From the IMG/VR virus record IMGVR_UViG_3300018080_000105, positions 64,001-128,000 of that record: a DNA stretch of 64,000 nt; one strand, written 5' to 3'. This document shows positions 9,508 to 18,925 of the stretch, piece after piece. The translations under genes were made by a program, and so were the position numbers. The notes beneath the pieces are model-generated. The model was not told the origin of the DNA, did not search any database, and worked only from the letters and a program-made list of their open reading frames with translations. Numbering within the stretch: the stretch's first letter is position 1; every line of letters begins with the position of its first letter. The DNA is from a virus.

Positions 9508-10134
9508 TCACTCCGGTTTGCTGATGAAATACGCTACCTTCTTTGTAAATGCAGTCGTCGCGGCTACGCGACTCCGCTGGTTTAGCTGCGCCCGCACACC
9601 CCGCATCCCCTGCTGGTCCAGATCATCACAAACAATGATCCCGCCTTCGGGCATGTGTTCAACACATCGGTCGAACATGTGGAGTGTCGGTTCCGGTACA
9701 TGTCGCCCATCCAGATAGACAAACTGCAACGGGGCTGCAGCGGCCAGGGCCGGCTCGAACGAATCGTCAAAGTGGCCTGGAAAAATCTCGACAGTCGTCT
9801 TTGGGCAAAAGATCTCCAGCGTTTCGATAGCCAGCTCTCGCTTGGCCTCGATGCCTTCCATGCCCACGTACTGCACAGGTCCGTTCTTCTCTGCGGCGGA
9901 ACACATGTACGCAGCACCAATACCGGCACAGGTTCCAATTTCAAAAATGCGGGAAGGAGCATGGTGAATAATAAACCGAGACATCGCACGACCTGCGAGC
10001 TGCCCCATGCTGGCTATTCGCACTCGCTGCTCTTTACCGACAGGCGTACCGCTCACCTCGGAGCGGTGGTAAGCGATCGCGTCACAGCGTGCACGATCTT
10101 CGTCGGTCAATATGGTGGTCGTCCAGTTGTCCAT
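9508..10134 (-). CDS. Class I SAM methyltransferase (Methyltransf_24-like)
   Basis: IFEIGTCAG, FVYLDGRH, GGIIVCDD. Start set at ATG 10134. Confidence 0.8.
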   Translation of the reverse strand: MDNWTTTILTDEDRARCDAIAYHRSEVSGTPVGKEQRVRIASMGQLAGRAMSRFIIHHAPSRIFEIGTCAGIGAAYMCSAAEKNGPVQYVGMEGIEAKRELAIETLEIFCPKTTVEIFPGHFDDSFEPALAAAAPLQFVYLDGRHVPEPTLHMFDRCVEHMPEGGIIVCDDLDQQGMRGVRAQLNQRSRVAATTAFTKKVAYFISKPE

Positions 10135-10274
10135 TTCTCGCTTCCATGCTATGGCTTCCACGGGTTTACAGTGTAACCCCGAAATCACAGAGAACAAAGG
10201 GGAACCAGACCAACGCTGGAAGCTCGCCTGGAAACATCGTACGATGCAGTAATTCCCGGGAAAGGAGTGCCTCT

Positions 10275-11420
10275 ATGTTCAAATTCCAGGATTCTGACGC
10301 GGATTTCAAAGCCCTCACTACACTCGACGCTTCATTGATCCAGCTGGTCGACACTGGTGAGAATAAGCTCACTGGCAAGCCCCGCGCACCGCGTATCGCT
10401 CTCGTTACAGGTGCCAATGGATTTGTTGGCTCCCACCTCACCGCTCACCTGGCCGGCAGCGATCGCTGGGACAAAGTCTTTGCACTGGTCCGCGATGAGA
10501 CCAATTTTGCAGCCAGTCACAAACTCAAAGATTCATGGACAAAGTGGAAAGTCAACGCACCGTCAAACACCCGTCATAAAGTCGAAACATACACTTGGGA
10601 TCCCATGAGCCCTCGGCTCGGCATGAGCGAACAACAGTTCTCCACCCTGGCCTGGCACTCCGATGTTGTGTTTCACCTGGCCGGGGCCACCGCCTACGAC
10701 AAAAACTACAAGCACATGCGGGCAGGGACTTCCCTACTCATGCTGCAACTGCTGGACTTCTGCCGCACAGGCCAACCGAAACAGCTTCACCACATCGGCA
10801 GCATCGCTGATCGCATCATGAGCAGCGTGAAACACAAAGAACGAAACATCCCGTGGACCAGCGGGTACTTTCAGGCGAAATGGGTCGTCGACAAGATGTT
10901 GACTGTGGCACGAGAACAACTCGACATCCCGACCACCAACTACCGGGCGCCATACATTACCGGACCAACCACACACGCCATGGACCCGCAACGACATTAC
11001 TCGTTCTGGCAGATGGCCATCGCCTTAGCCTCCGCAGGACTAATCTGGGATGGCTACTTCCTGCAAGCTGTACCGGTCGACCTGCTTTGTCAGTGTCTGG
11101 CCATGAACGCCCAACGATCTACACCGCTACCAGTTGTCACCCCGACCATGCTCCCGCTACACACTTCCCGAATCATGGGCACCTTGGGCTGTGACCTGAT
11201 CGATCACGAAGAATTCTTCGACCACGTGGCCCCGCACATGCCGGCCGCCACCGGCTTACCAGGGGCTCGTTATCGCGACGTCGAAGTCGCCAGCACCGGG
11301 CAAGGCGACCTGGATCGCTTCATCGCGATCGACAAGATCCCGGACGCCGCAGAGATGTTCAAACGCGGCTTCAGACAGCAGAAGATTCAAAAGGCTGTCC
11401 AACGGGCACAAGGGACTTGA
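10275..11420 (+). CDS. Thioester-reductase / extended SDR (NAD_binding_4-like)
   Basis: LVTGANGFVGSHL, VFHLAG, GYFQAKWVVD (YxxxK), YRAPYITG. AAAGGAG SD before ATG 10275. Confidence 0.75.
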   Translation: MFKFQDSDADFKALTTLDASLIQLVDTGENKLTGKPRAPRIALVTGANGFVGSHLTAHLAGSDRWDKVFALVRDETNFAASHKLKDSWTKWKVNAPSNTRHKVETYTWDPMSPRLGMSEQQFSTLAWHSDVVFHLAGATAYDKNYKHMRAGTSLLMLQLLDFCRTGQPKQLHHIGSIADRIMSSVKHKERNIPWTSGYFQAKWVVDKMLTVAREQLDIPTTNYRAPYITGPTTHAMDPQRHYSFWQMAIALASAGLIWDGYFLQAVPVDLLCQCLAMNAQRSTPLPVVTPTMLPLHTSRIMGTLGCDLIDHEEFFDHVAPHMPAATGLPGARYRDVEVASTGQGDLDRFIAIDKIPDAAEMFKRGFRQQKIQKAVQRAQGT

Positions 11421-12765
11421 ACTCTTCAAACTTCCCGCCGGCCGATCGCTCAATGCGTTCTACATACTCAAAATGCACAGCAGGCTCGAAGCCGATGCCT
11501 CGATACAATGACTGCTTCGCTGTCTCTTCTTCCTCGGCGGAAAACGGCCGCGGCCCTGCGACTCTGAACTTGACAGTGTGATGGTCGAGCTGGATCGCTT
11601 GATAGTGATCAACTGGCAGCGCCAAGACCGCTTCACCGTCAACCTTCCCGTCCATCACCGGCCAGATCGCTTCGCCGTCCGGTCGTGTGAACATCCCGCA
11701 AACACGACCGATAATCCTCCGGATCATTGGACCATAAATACCCGGCGGACCCGCCTCGGCCATGTCGCCCAACTCGTACCGAATCAGCGGACTGGAGAAG
11801 TTGTATCGCGGTGTCACGACCACACGACCGATCTCACCTTCCTGACACACTTCATTCTGATCGTTCAGAATCTCCACATAAGCCAACTCGTCTGCTATGT
11901 AATACAAGTTCGGCTCGGCCGGCGACTGATACGCCACATGGCCAACTTCCTGCGTTGTGTACGTGTCAATGACCGGGAGTTGCCATACTTCTGCGGCCAG
12001 GTTACGTGTCTTCGGCGACAACACTTCTCCTGTCGTACGTAAACGTTCGAGGAACGGCAACTTGTACTGATGCCGTTGACAATACAGCGCGATCTCGTGC
12101 ATCAGTGAAGGGTTTGCAAACAGATACGGGCACTTGACACGCCGCAGCAACTTCACAATTTCTGAGACCGGCAATGTTGGCGACACAAGGTAACTTCGCC
12201 CTGTCTTCATGTTGCCCCAACCCCAGTTGTGTCGCAACTGAATCTCGCGGCCTGGACCTTCGTACTTACAAGACACCATCGTCTTTTTGATGTCGTAGCC
12301 ATACAGCTTCATCAACCGAAGCATGTGAGCCATCCACACCGACTGTGCCATGTCATCTGTCATGACAACAAGCGGCGAGCCTGATGACCCGCTGGTCTCC
12401 ATCGGACGCGGTTCGCCCAGTAACGGAAGCGGTTGCCGCGGCATAATGGTCTTCAAGTTGTCCCGAAGATCCGCTCGCGTCAGCACGGGGAAGTTACGCC
12501 AGCCATCAGGAGTCAAAAGCTCCTTCGGAGACATACCAGTCTCTTGAAACCGCTCCACGTAAAACGGACACATCTGTGTCGCGAACCGGAGCAAGTCTCG
12601 CAGAGTCCGTATTTGGTACGCTACCCGGGCTTCCGGAGCAACCTGTCGCAAGACCGGGAGTAGCGGAGAGCTGGGATAGAGCTTATGTCTTTTTGCGGGA
12701 TGCGCGTCGACGTGAGGCGGGTTTCTCTGCACCATCTGCGGCTGTACCATCTTCTTCGTCCTCAT
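11371..12765 (-). CDS. Phenylacetate-CoA ligase (PaaK)-family adenylating enzyme
   Basis: CPFY, TSGSSGSP P-loop, TTGEVL, IDTYTTQE, LIRYELGD, IIGR. Exact start uncertain. Confidence 0.8.
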   Translation of the reverse strand: MRTKKMVQPQMVQRNPPHVDAHPAKRHKLYPSSPLLPVLRQVAPEARVAYQIRTLRDLLRFATQMCPFYVERFQETGMSPKELLTPDGWRNFPVLTRADLRDNLKTIMPRQPLPLLGEPRPMETSGSSGSPLVVMTDDMAQSVWMAHMLRLMKLYGYDIKKTMVSCKYEGPGREIQLRHNWGWGNMKTGRSYLVSPTLPVSEIVKLLRRVKCPYLFANPSLMHEIALYCQRHQYKLPFLERLRTTGEVLSPKTRNLAAEVWQLPVIDTYTTQEVGHVAYQSPAEPNLYYIADELAYVEILNDQNEVCQEGEIGRVVVTPRYNFSSPLIRYELGDMAEAGPPGIYGPMIRRIIGRVCGMFTRPDGEAIWPVMDGKVDGEAVLALPVDHYQAIQLDHHTVKFRVAGPRPFSAEEEETAKQSLYRGIGFEPAVHFEYVERIERSAGGKFEEFKSLVPVGQPFESSAV

Positions 12766-12961
12766 CCTTCGACATCTGCCGAATGGAATTCTTCAGAATC
12801 GTAGTTGCCTCGGCCACCGCTAACCCTCGCCGCCGGTCAGCGGCAGCAATCAAACTCAGCTCCAGGCATTCCATCAGCCCTGCCATCATCTGATCAGTCA
12901 GCGGCAGCACCGCAATCACCTCGCCAGGCACCGCTGGCGTAAGCATCTTCTCGTCAAGCAT
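12683..12961 (-). CDS. Hypothetical protein
   Basis: ORF in operon order; overlaps the next gene start. Confidence 0.45.
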   Translation of the reverse strand: MLDEKMLTPAVPGEVIAVLPLTDQMMAGLMECLELSLIAAADRRRGLAVAEATTILKNSIRQMSKDEDEEDGTAADGAEKPASRRRASRKKT

Positions 12962-12978
12962 CCTTCACATCCCTTCGA

Positions 12979-13371
12979 TTACGTCAAACCCAGTTCGGTC
13001 GCCCAACCTGGAGTCATCTCGCCAACAATGACGCGGCCGGGCGTGGTGTCAGTATCAATGACAAACGGAGAACTGTGATACAACTCTGGGATGTCATCCA
13101 GGTTGTCTTCCACAAATTTCTTAGACTTCAGCAGCTGCTCAACCGCGGCCACACCCATCGCGTCGAGATACGCCTGTACCTCCGCGATCGTGATCTCCGC
13201 GTTACCTTCACCGTCCTCAACGAACTTACGAATCTGCCAGAAGTTCTCGTACCCAGCACGCCATAAATCGATCATGCCGTCAGCGGTTTGCTCTGAGAAT
13301 TTGGTAATCGCTTCTGCGCGCAATTCCGCAACCGTGGTGTCCGATTTTGTGGGAGGCGTAAAGTGAGGCAT
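12979..13371 (-). CDS. Hypothetical protein
   Basis: Acidic ORF with AAGGA SD. Confidence 0.6.
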   Translation of the reverse strand: MPHFTPPTKSDTTVAELRAEAITKFSEQTADGMIDLWRAGYENFWQIRKFVEDGEGNAEITIAEVQAYLDAMGVAAVEQLLKSKKFVEDNLDDIPELYHSSPFVIDTDTTPGRVIVGEMTPGWATELGLT

Positions 13372-13456
13372 AGCTCATTCCTTGAAATAGAAGCATCGCA
13401 AATCAGACGATAACACACCACAGTAACAAGGGCAACAGCCTGACAACCACGCTTGA

Positions 13457-14770
13457 TCAGCCCGCGGAGATTTTGAGCGTACCCGAATCATTCCACAGTT
13501 GATCAGCCACGGCAGGGTCTGACGTCGGCAAATTCGCCACCGACACAACCCCGTCATCACTGACCGAGAATTGCGACGTGCCGCCGACCTGCAAATCCAA
13601 AAGGTAAGACGCGCCAGGGCTGTTCGTATCTGTCTTATTGATCAACAGGCCTCGGTCATCTCCACTTGTCGACTTGTTGACCGTGTAGTTGATCGTCGCC
13701 ATTGCCTCGTCACCGGTGGCAGTAGACAACGTCGCGGCGAACGTCGGCGGTCCGCTCCAGGACTGCGCACCTGATGCGTACAGATAATGAAGCTCGCCAC
13801 CCGCGCGGAGTAAAAGATAATCCTCCGATTGTATAGAAACACGATTGCCTGCGTACCCGAGATCAATTTTGCAAGTCGCATTAGACAGGCTCTTGATGAC
13901 AGCCCCGGATCCTTCAATCGCAAGTCCGTTGATCGTCAAGTCACGAACCGTCCCTGTACCAGCTGCTTCTGTCGCAATTACGAAATTGTCCGCCGCTTGC
14001 CCGTACATCCGGAGACGTTCGTAGTTACTGTCGTCAGTGTACGTACCGTAAGCCGCAAACGACTGGCTGTTGCTGCCGTTTCGCAAATCCAACTGATTGT
14101 CTGCATCTGAATGGATGCAAGTCGCACCAGCCCGCAATTTAATCCCGACGTTCTCCGATGTACTACGCAGTTGAATGCCTGATGCGTCCCAGGTCCCCTG
14201 CCACGTACCTGCCCCGTAAAAACGTAAAGCACTGGCGCGATTCTCGACAAACGTCCCGTTCGTACCTACCCGACAATTGGTTGGGCCGTACAAGTGGTCG
14301 CCAGATATTTCATACCCGCTGTCACCAAACCCGCCGTCCCCGTCGGACATCTGGACAGCCCCCGCGTCGCCGGCACTGCCGCCCAACTCCAGCCAACTGG
14401 TTACCTGCTCTTTAGTAGCCCCCGTCGCCGGCCCGTCAGATTCCTCGAAGTTGGCTGCCATAGTCCCGGCCGGCAGCGTCAACGCCCCGCCAGTATTAGC
14501 CGCTCGATCGCCGCCGCACCACTGCCCCTGGTGGAACGCAAGGCCCAGTTCGCTGTCGTGACACTCCTGCCCGTAAACAATATCCGGCTGAGGGTCAGCA
14601 ATTTCCGCCGTCAGCTCGGGCGTGCTACAAGTGATTGACTTGGTAATCCCCATCCCGTCCACCCGAACGCGCACAAACCCGTTGACGTCATCATTCATGC
14701 ACGTCCCGGACGCCCCGTTGTACGGGTGGTGGTTGACGATACGAACGCGGTCGCCTTGCGAAAATGGCAT
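13457..14770 (-). CDS. Tail-fibre-like / virion structural protein
   Basis: G/S/T/N-rich beta-structure composition; C-terminal LPTSDP.VADQLWNDSGTLKISAG motif common in phage structural proteins; N-terminal KOW/SH3-like segment. Confidence 0.55.
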   Translation of the reverse strand: MPFSQGDRVRIVNHHPYNGASGTCMNDDVNGFVRVRVDGMGITKSITCSTPELTAEIADPQPDIVYGQECHDSELGLAFHQGQWCGGDRAANTGGALTLPAGTMAANFEESDGPATGATKEQVTSWLELGGSAGDAGAVQMSDGDGGFGDSGYEISGDHLYGPTNCRVGTNGTFVENRASALRFYGAGTWQGTWDASGIQLRSTSENVGIKLRAGATCIHSDADNQLDLRNGSNSQSFAAYGTYTDDSNYERLRMYGQAADNFVIATEAAGTGTVRDLTINGLAIEGSGAVIKSLSNATCKIDLGYAGNRVSIQSEDYLLLRAGGELHYLYASGAQSWSGPPTFAATLSTATGDEAMATINYTVNKSTSGDDRGLLINKTDTNSPGASYLLDLQVGGTSQFSVSDDGVVSVANLPTSDPAVADQLWNDSGTLKISAG

Positions 14771-14792
14771 AACAGCCTCCTTGCAGACCAGA

Positions 14793-14993
14793 TTATCCCT
14801 CTTCTTCGGCAGCTGCAGTTAGCGGGATACGGCGCCCGCATTTCCGGCAGACCGCCCACTCTTCTTTTTGCACCAGATTACGGCTGTGACAGTCCGGGCA
14901 ATTGTCCGGGCGATAGTGCACGCACCCCGATACATACCCGTAGTCAGTGTCAGCAGACAGTCGCCCACATTTCTCACAGTAAAAGCTCGACAC
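14793..14993 (-). CDS. Small zinc-finger protein
   Basis: CEKC, CxH, CPDC, CRKC. Confidence 0.6.
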   Translation of the reverse strand: MSSFYCEKCGRLSADTDYGYVSGCVHYRPDNCPDCHSRNLVQKEEWAVCRKCGRRIPLTAAAEEEG

Positions 14994-15068
14994 GATGCTC
15001 TCCTGACGTCCCCACTGTAACGAGTTTCCCGCAGAGCGGGAAGACGGGGCCGTTTGTCCCTGATAGCT

Positions 15069-15100
15069 AAAAAAAGGCCCTGCAGGCCCCTCTCGGGGCC
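15069..15100 (-). terminator. Intrinsic terminator
   Basis: On -: GGCCCC-GAGA-GGGGCC, then TGCAGGGCC and T7. Confidence 0.55.
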
Positions 15101-15106
15101 AAGGGC

Positions 15107-15409
15107 TCAGTAATCAACGGAGTCGGGGATTGGATCCGCTGGCCCTCTCCACGGAGATGCGCCGACCTCGGGTACCCCGCGGCGTTCCCAGTATGCCGCG
15201 TAGCAAGCAGGATGGACCGGAGAACCATCCCAGGTCCAATACGTTCGATTGCGGTAGCGCCCGAGAGGTTGACAACACAACACACACCGGAGATCTGGTT
15301 CAGGGTTCAGCGAGAAAAAGCAGGGCTCTCGCAGTCGCGGCAGCTGGTTGTCGAGCAACACGTAAGCGTTGAACAACATCCAGATCGAAAACCACACTCG
15401 CAATCGCAT
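15107..15409 (-). CDS. Hypothetical protein
   Basis: C-terminal part of listed ORF 15107..15724; GGAG SD before ATG 15409. Confidence 0.45.
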   Translation of the reverse strand: MRLRVWFSIWMLFNAYVLLDNQLPRLREPCFFSLNPEPDLRCVLCCQPLGRYRNRTYWTWDGSPVHPACYAAYWERRGVPEVGASPWRGPADPIPDSVDY

Positions 15410-15422
15410 CCTGAACTCCGTT

Positions 15423-15833
15423 TCAAGACATGTCGATATGTCGATGCACCTCCGCCGGTTTCTCCCGCATCGTTCGCGCTGCCTTCTCCAATACCGCGAC
15501 CAGCTCTTCAATTTCATCAAAAGACCAGCCAGTCTTCGTTCGTAGGACGTAGAAATCACCTCCACCCGGTACCGCCTGCATAGTGATCTCCAGTATTTCG
15601 TGATCGGCTGTCGACCCGTCTGTGTTCCCTTCCTGCGTAAACCGGCTGACCTGCTCCTGCATCCAGGGATCTTCCGGGTGGGCGTCTTGCCTCGCCGCTG
15701 GTGCCGTTCGAGGTGGCCGAGCATACGCCGGTGGCGGGGTTACTTGGGGGGCCTGCTCTGCTGCCTGTGAAATCCGTTCGCGATTCTCCAACTCAGCCCT
15801 GAGTCGTTCAGTTGAATACTCGTTGAGTGACAT
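15423..15833 (-). CDS. Hypothetical protein
   Basis: Protein-like composition, operon order. Confidence 0.55.
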   Translation of the reverse strand: MSLNEYSTERLRAELENRERISQAAEQAPQVTPPPAYARPPRTAPAARQDAHPEDPWMQEQVSRFTQEGNTDGSTADHEILEITMQAVPGGGDFYVLRTKTGWSFDEIEELVAVLEKAARTMREKPAEVHRHIDMS

Positions 15834-15850
15834 GCTGCTTTCCTGCCGGA

Positions 15851-16330
15851 CTACGCGGGCGTCTCATCAGCTTCCGCATCAATCTGGTAGCACCCATCCG
15901 CGTCAATGGTACCTGTCACAATATCGCCGGTTTTGGCAACATGGTTGAACACTGACTGCAAAGACCGTTGCTGCGGTGTCAGGTTCGCCGAACGCGGATC
16001 AGCAGGATCAACCGGAATCGGAACATTGTCCACAGACACCCCCCGCGGTGGTAGCGAGGTCTCCTCTCCAGGCAACAAATACCGCCCAGTCATCAATCGA
16101 AAAATCGTCACAACCCACATGGAGCCACACGCCAACGTAGTGACGAGCGAAGCAATTTGCCAGAATTGTTGTACCGGGCGATCTGCCGACGACTGTTTGT
16201 TACCACTGGCTAAGTAAAAGACTGTTACCCACGCACAAACCGCACAAAGCAGCATTGCCGCCATCGAACACGCGCGGCCCACCCGCACACTTCTCAAATA
16301 CGCTTTTGTCTTCATCAGCCCTTCTTTCAA
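15851..16330 (-). CDS. Two-TM membrane protein
   Basis: Two hydrophobic segments. Confidence 0.55.
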   Translation of the reverse strand: MKEGLMKTKAYLRSVRVGRACSMAAMLLCAVCAWVTVFYLASGNKQSSADRPVQQFWQIASLVTTLACGSMWVVTIFRLMTGRYLLPGEETSLPPRGVSVDNVPIPVDPADPRSANLTPQQRSLQSVFNHVAKTGDIVTGTIDADGCYQIDAEADETPA

Positions 16331-16644
16331 TCAAGGTCCTGCACGTCCTGCCCCTCCGGCAAAATCGACGGCTGTACGCCGGGGCCTTGATAGACCCCCA
16401 ACATCATCCACAACATAATGGCGGACACAAACTGCTTCACCGGCAGCAATGACTCAAATACTGCCAATCGCCACCAGACAACATGAGTCCCAAGTAACGA
16501 CTGTAGATCTGGCAGCCAATAACGACTCCAATGCAACAGCAGGTACACCGGGTACGCCGTCAAGTAAAATACCACGACCAGTGAACAGAACAACCAGTTA
16601 GGCATTCGATCACTGAGGTGTGGCAGGCTCTGTTCGTCCTCCAT
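16327..16644 (-). CDS. Membrane protein
   Basis: Hydrophobic segments; coupled stop/start. Confidence 0.45.
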   Translation of the reverse strand: MEDEQSLPHLSDRMPNWLFCSLVVVFYLTAYPVYLLLHWSRYWLPDLQSLLGTHVVWWRLAVFESLLPVKQFVSAIMLWMMLGVYQGPGVQPSILPEGQDVQDLD

Positions 16645-17329
16645 GACGCACCTCCTGCCTGGTTACCTGCGGGACTGTGACGATCGCTGATCGACCACCG
16701 TTACTTTGACCTCCGTCAACACAATCATCAGACGCAGAAACTGAAGAATCTGCTCCGCATCGTCCTTGTCCAAATGCGGCAGTGCCGCTCTCGCTGCTTC
16801 CAGCAAGTCTTCGTGGTTGCTCATTCAATTCCCATTCTTTCACACGTTGGCGAACCAGTATCAGCAGAAGCTCGACCTGGCGAGAATCACACCCGCTCAA
16901 ATCCACTTCGCTGTAATGCACCAGCAACTCGTCGTGCCAGTTCGTGGGTACACAGTCGGAGGCTTTCTCTGCCGGCGGCAGATCCTCTTTGGCAGGGAAA
17001 AGTGCGATCTTGAACAGTCGCATGTCTTCCATGTAGCCACCTGCATAAACGCACAGCAGGCACCCGATCGCCAGGAACAGCACACCCAGCGAATTGATAG
17101 TTTCAAGCGACACCATTTCAGGTGACATGGCCCATGCCCACATCACCAAAGTGCTCAATACCCCGTACAGTTTCAAAACCTGTGGAAATCCCACGGCATT
17201 CCCTTCCGTACTGAGATCCCAATAGCCCGTAATCATCCACCCGCCCAAGAGTGTACCTTGTCGGCGTGGTCGCTGGCGAGAGAGCCTGCGGGTCAACGTC
17301 CAAAATTTCTCCCAAGTAGCTCCAGGCAC
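16610..17329 (-). CDS. Membrane protein
   Basis: Two hydrophobic segments, acidic tail. Confidence 0.5.
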   Translation of the reverse strand: MPGATWEKFWTLTRRLSRQRPRRQGTLLGGWMITGYWDLSTEGNAVGFPQVLKLYGVLSTLVMWAWAMSPEMVSLETINSLGVLFLAIGCLLCVYAGGYMEDMRLFKIALFPAKEDLPPAEKASDCVPTNWHDELLVHYSEVDLSGCDSRQVELLLILVRQRVKEWELNEQPRRLAGSSESGTAAFGQGRCGADSSVSASDDCVDGGQSNGGRSAIVTVPQVTRQEVRHGGRTEPATPQ

Positions 17330-17475
17330 CGAGCACGGGCGGCCTTAATCTCGTAGATTCTGTAGCCTTTGCCGTCTTCAGGCGTGAAACGAATCACCAT
17401 CGAACCTTCATCGGCAACCACCAAAAACCGGCGACCGGACTCAATCGTGACAACCAACTGCGGGTCTTCCTCCAT
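17293..17475 (-). CDS. Small hypothetical protein
   Basis: GAGGAG SD before ATG 17475 (MEEDPQLVV...). Confidence 0.45.
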   Translation of the reverse strand: MEEDPQLVVTIESGRRFLVVADEGSMVIRFTPEDGKGYRIYEIKAARARCLELLGRNFGR

Positions 17476-17485
17476 GTCACACTCC

Positions 17486-17890
17486 TCACTCAAATGTAAT
17501 ACACCGAACGCGGCGGGACGAAACGCCCGCAGTCTTTTGCCGCTCAGATCTTTCAGACGGGGTTTCGACGGAGACATGTTCGCCGTCGTGTGGTTGAAGA
17601 AAGAAAAGGTGCTGTGTCCCGTCAGGTGCAAACACTTCGATCTCGGTATCCGGGCTCAACCCGCCATCAATCAGCAGATCATTCCCAAACGTCCACGCGG
17701 CTGATTGCTCACTGCGCTCCTTCGTCAACACCGTCAAATTCTCACCACCCACAATCCGAGCGTAATACGTATTGAACGGAGGATTCTCGTCCCGCTCCTT
17801 CGCGCGGCTGCGCGACGAGAGTAAAGCCTCAACCATAGCCGAGCCCGAGACATGGACGTCGCCCCGCACCATCTCTTCCATCGACAACAT
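17486..17890 (-). CDS. Hypothetical protein
   Basis: Operon order. Confidence 0.55.
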   Translation of the reverse strand: MLSMEEMVRGDVHVSGSAMVEALLSSRSRAKERDENPPFNTYYARIVGGENLTVLTKERSEQSAAWTFGNDLLIDGGLSPDTEIEVFAPDGTQHLFFLQPHDGEHVSVETPSERSERQKTAGVSSRRVRCITFE

Positions 17891-17900
17891 CGATCAGCCC

Positions 17901-18413
17901 TCAAACAACAACGACTTGTCCTTGTATCAGAACTTCGTTCGTACCGCCCAGATCCAACTCCAGGCTGTCATGCTCGATCCCTGCCTCTGTCAGCATTGAC
18001 CGGCCAATTTTCACCTGGTCGTTCCAGACTTCGTGATCATGCTGCGGCAAGTGATGACCGATCACCCGGCGAATGCCGGTGTCAATAATCGCCCTCGCAC
18101 AAGGTGCGCAGGCATACCATGTGACGTACATGAACAGCCCTTCCGTCTTAATCCCCTTCCGGGCTGCAGCATACAACACCCGCCGCTCAGCATGCCCTGT
18201 GTATTCGTACTTCAACGGACGCTGTCGGCGGTCCGGAGTATCTTCCAGCTCCGGAGGAATATCATTAGCCGCGGCGACCAGAATCTCGCCGTCATCCGGA
18301 TCAATGAGCAAAGCACCCAACTGAGTGCTCTGATCGCCGGAATGGGAAGCAGCGTACGAGTACGCTTCAGAGAGATACCAGGCGTCAGTGCCAGGAACAG
18401 GATTCGACATCAT
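17901..18413 (-). CDS. dCMP deaminase (CDA superfamily)
   Basis: GHAERRVL zinc motif and ACAPCARAII; STQLGALL N-terminus. Confidence 0.9.
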   Translation of the reverse strand: MMSNPVPGTDAWYLSEAYSYAASHSGDQSTQLGALLIDPDDGEILVAAANDIPPELEDTPDRRQRPLKYEYTGHAERRVLYAAARKGIKTEGLFMYVTWYACAPCARAIIDTGIRRVIGHHLPQHDHEVWNDQVKIGRSMLTEAGIEHDSLELDLGGTNEVLIQGQVVVV

Positions 18414-18430
18414 AGCACTCCAATGTCACG

Positions 18431-18443
18431 GTTCTTATTTACC
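18431..18443 (-). promoter_or_regulatory. Dispersed 13-mer GGTAAATAAGAAC, copy 2
   Basis: Exact copy 17 nt upstream of the deaminase ATG, same strand. Confidence 0.75.
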
Positions 18444-18448
18444 ACAAG

Positions 18449-18925
18449 TCAATCAGCCGTCTCGAACGGCGGAGCGTCCGGCAGCGTCGGCGGAAGCCCG
18501 TCCCGCCACGCATTACCGGCTGCCGCCCGCGACAAATGGTCGACGCGAGAGTACAACTCTTCGGCGTCCGGGCCTTCGTGCTCAAAATCAGTAGCTCGAC
18601 ACGTTAGGTGCTGCGCCAACAGCAATGTGTAAATGAAGAGTTTCTTGTACGAGTGAGCACGTTCACCGACGGGAGTAGAGGCTTCCGCCTCCTGCAGCTG
18701 CGCCACGATATAAGCCATCATGACCTGCGACTTATCGGCACGTGACAGCGTCGGCTCAGCGATCACCTCTTCCAGCTGCTTGACCAGTTTTTCATTCTGC
18801 TCATTCAGTCCAATCGTCGCGGCAGCTGCCTTCATGTGTGAGTCAGCTTTAGCTCCCAGTAATTTCAACACAGAGTACGGAAGCGACATAAATCCTCCAG
18901 TCGGGAAGTTGTGAGCATCGATCAC
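18449..18925 (-). CDS. Hypothetical helical protein
   Basis: Operon order. Confidence 0.55.
   Translation of the reverse strand: MIDAHNFPTGGFMSLPYSVLKLLGAKADSHMKAAAATIGLNEQNEKLVKQLEEVIAEPTLSRADKSQVMMAYIVAQLQEAEASTPVGERAHSYKKLFIYTLLLAQHLTCRATDFEHEGPDAEELYSRVDHLSRAAAGNAWRDGLPPTLPDAPPFETAD

Noticed and set aside
10275-12765. NRPS/PKS cluster
   Set aside because: No condensation, KS or carrier domains.
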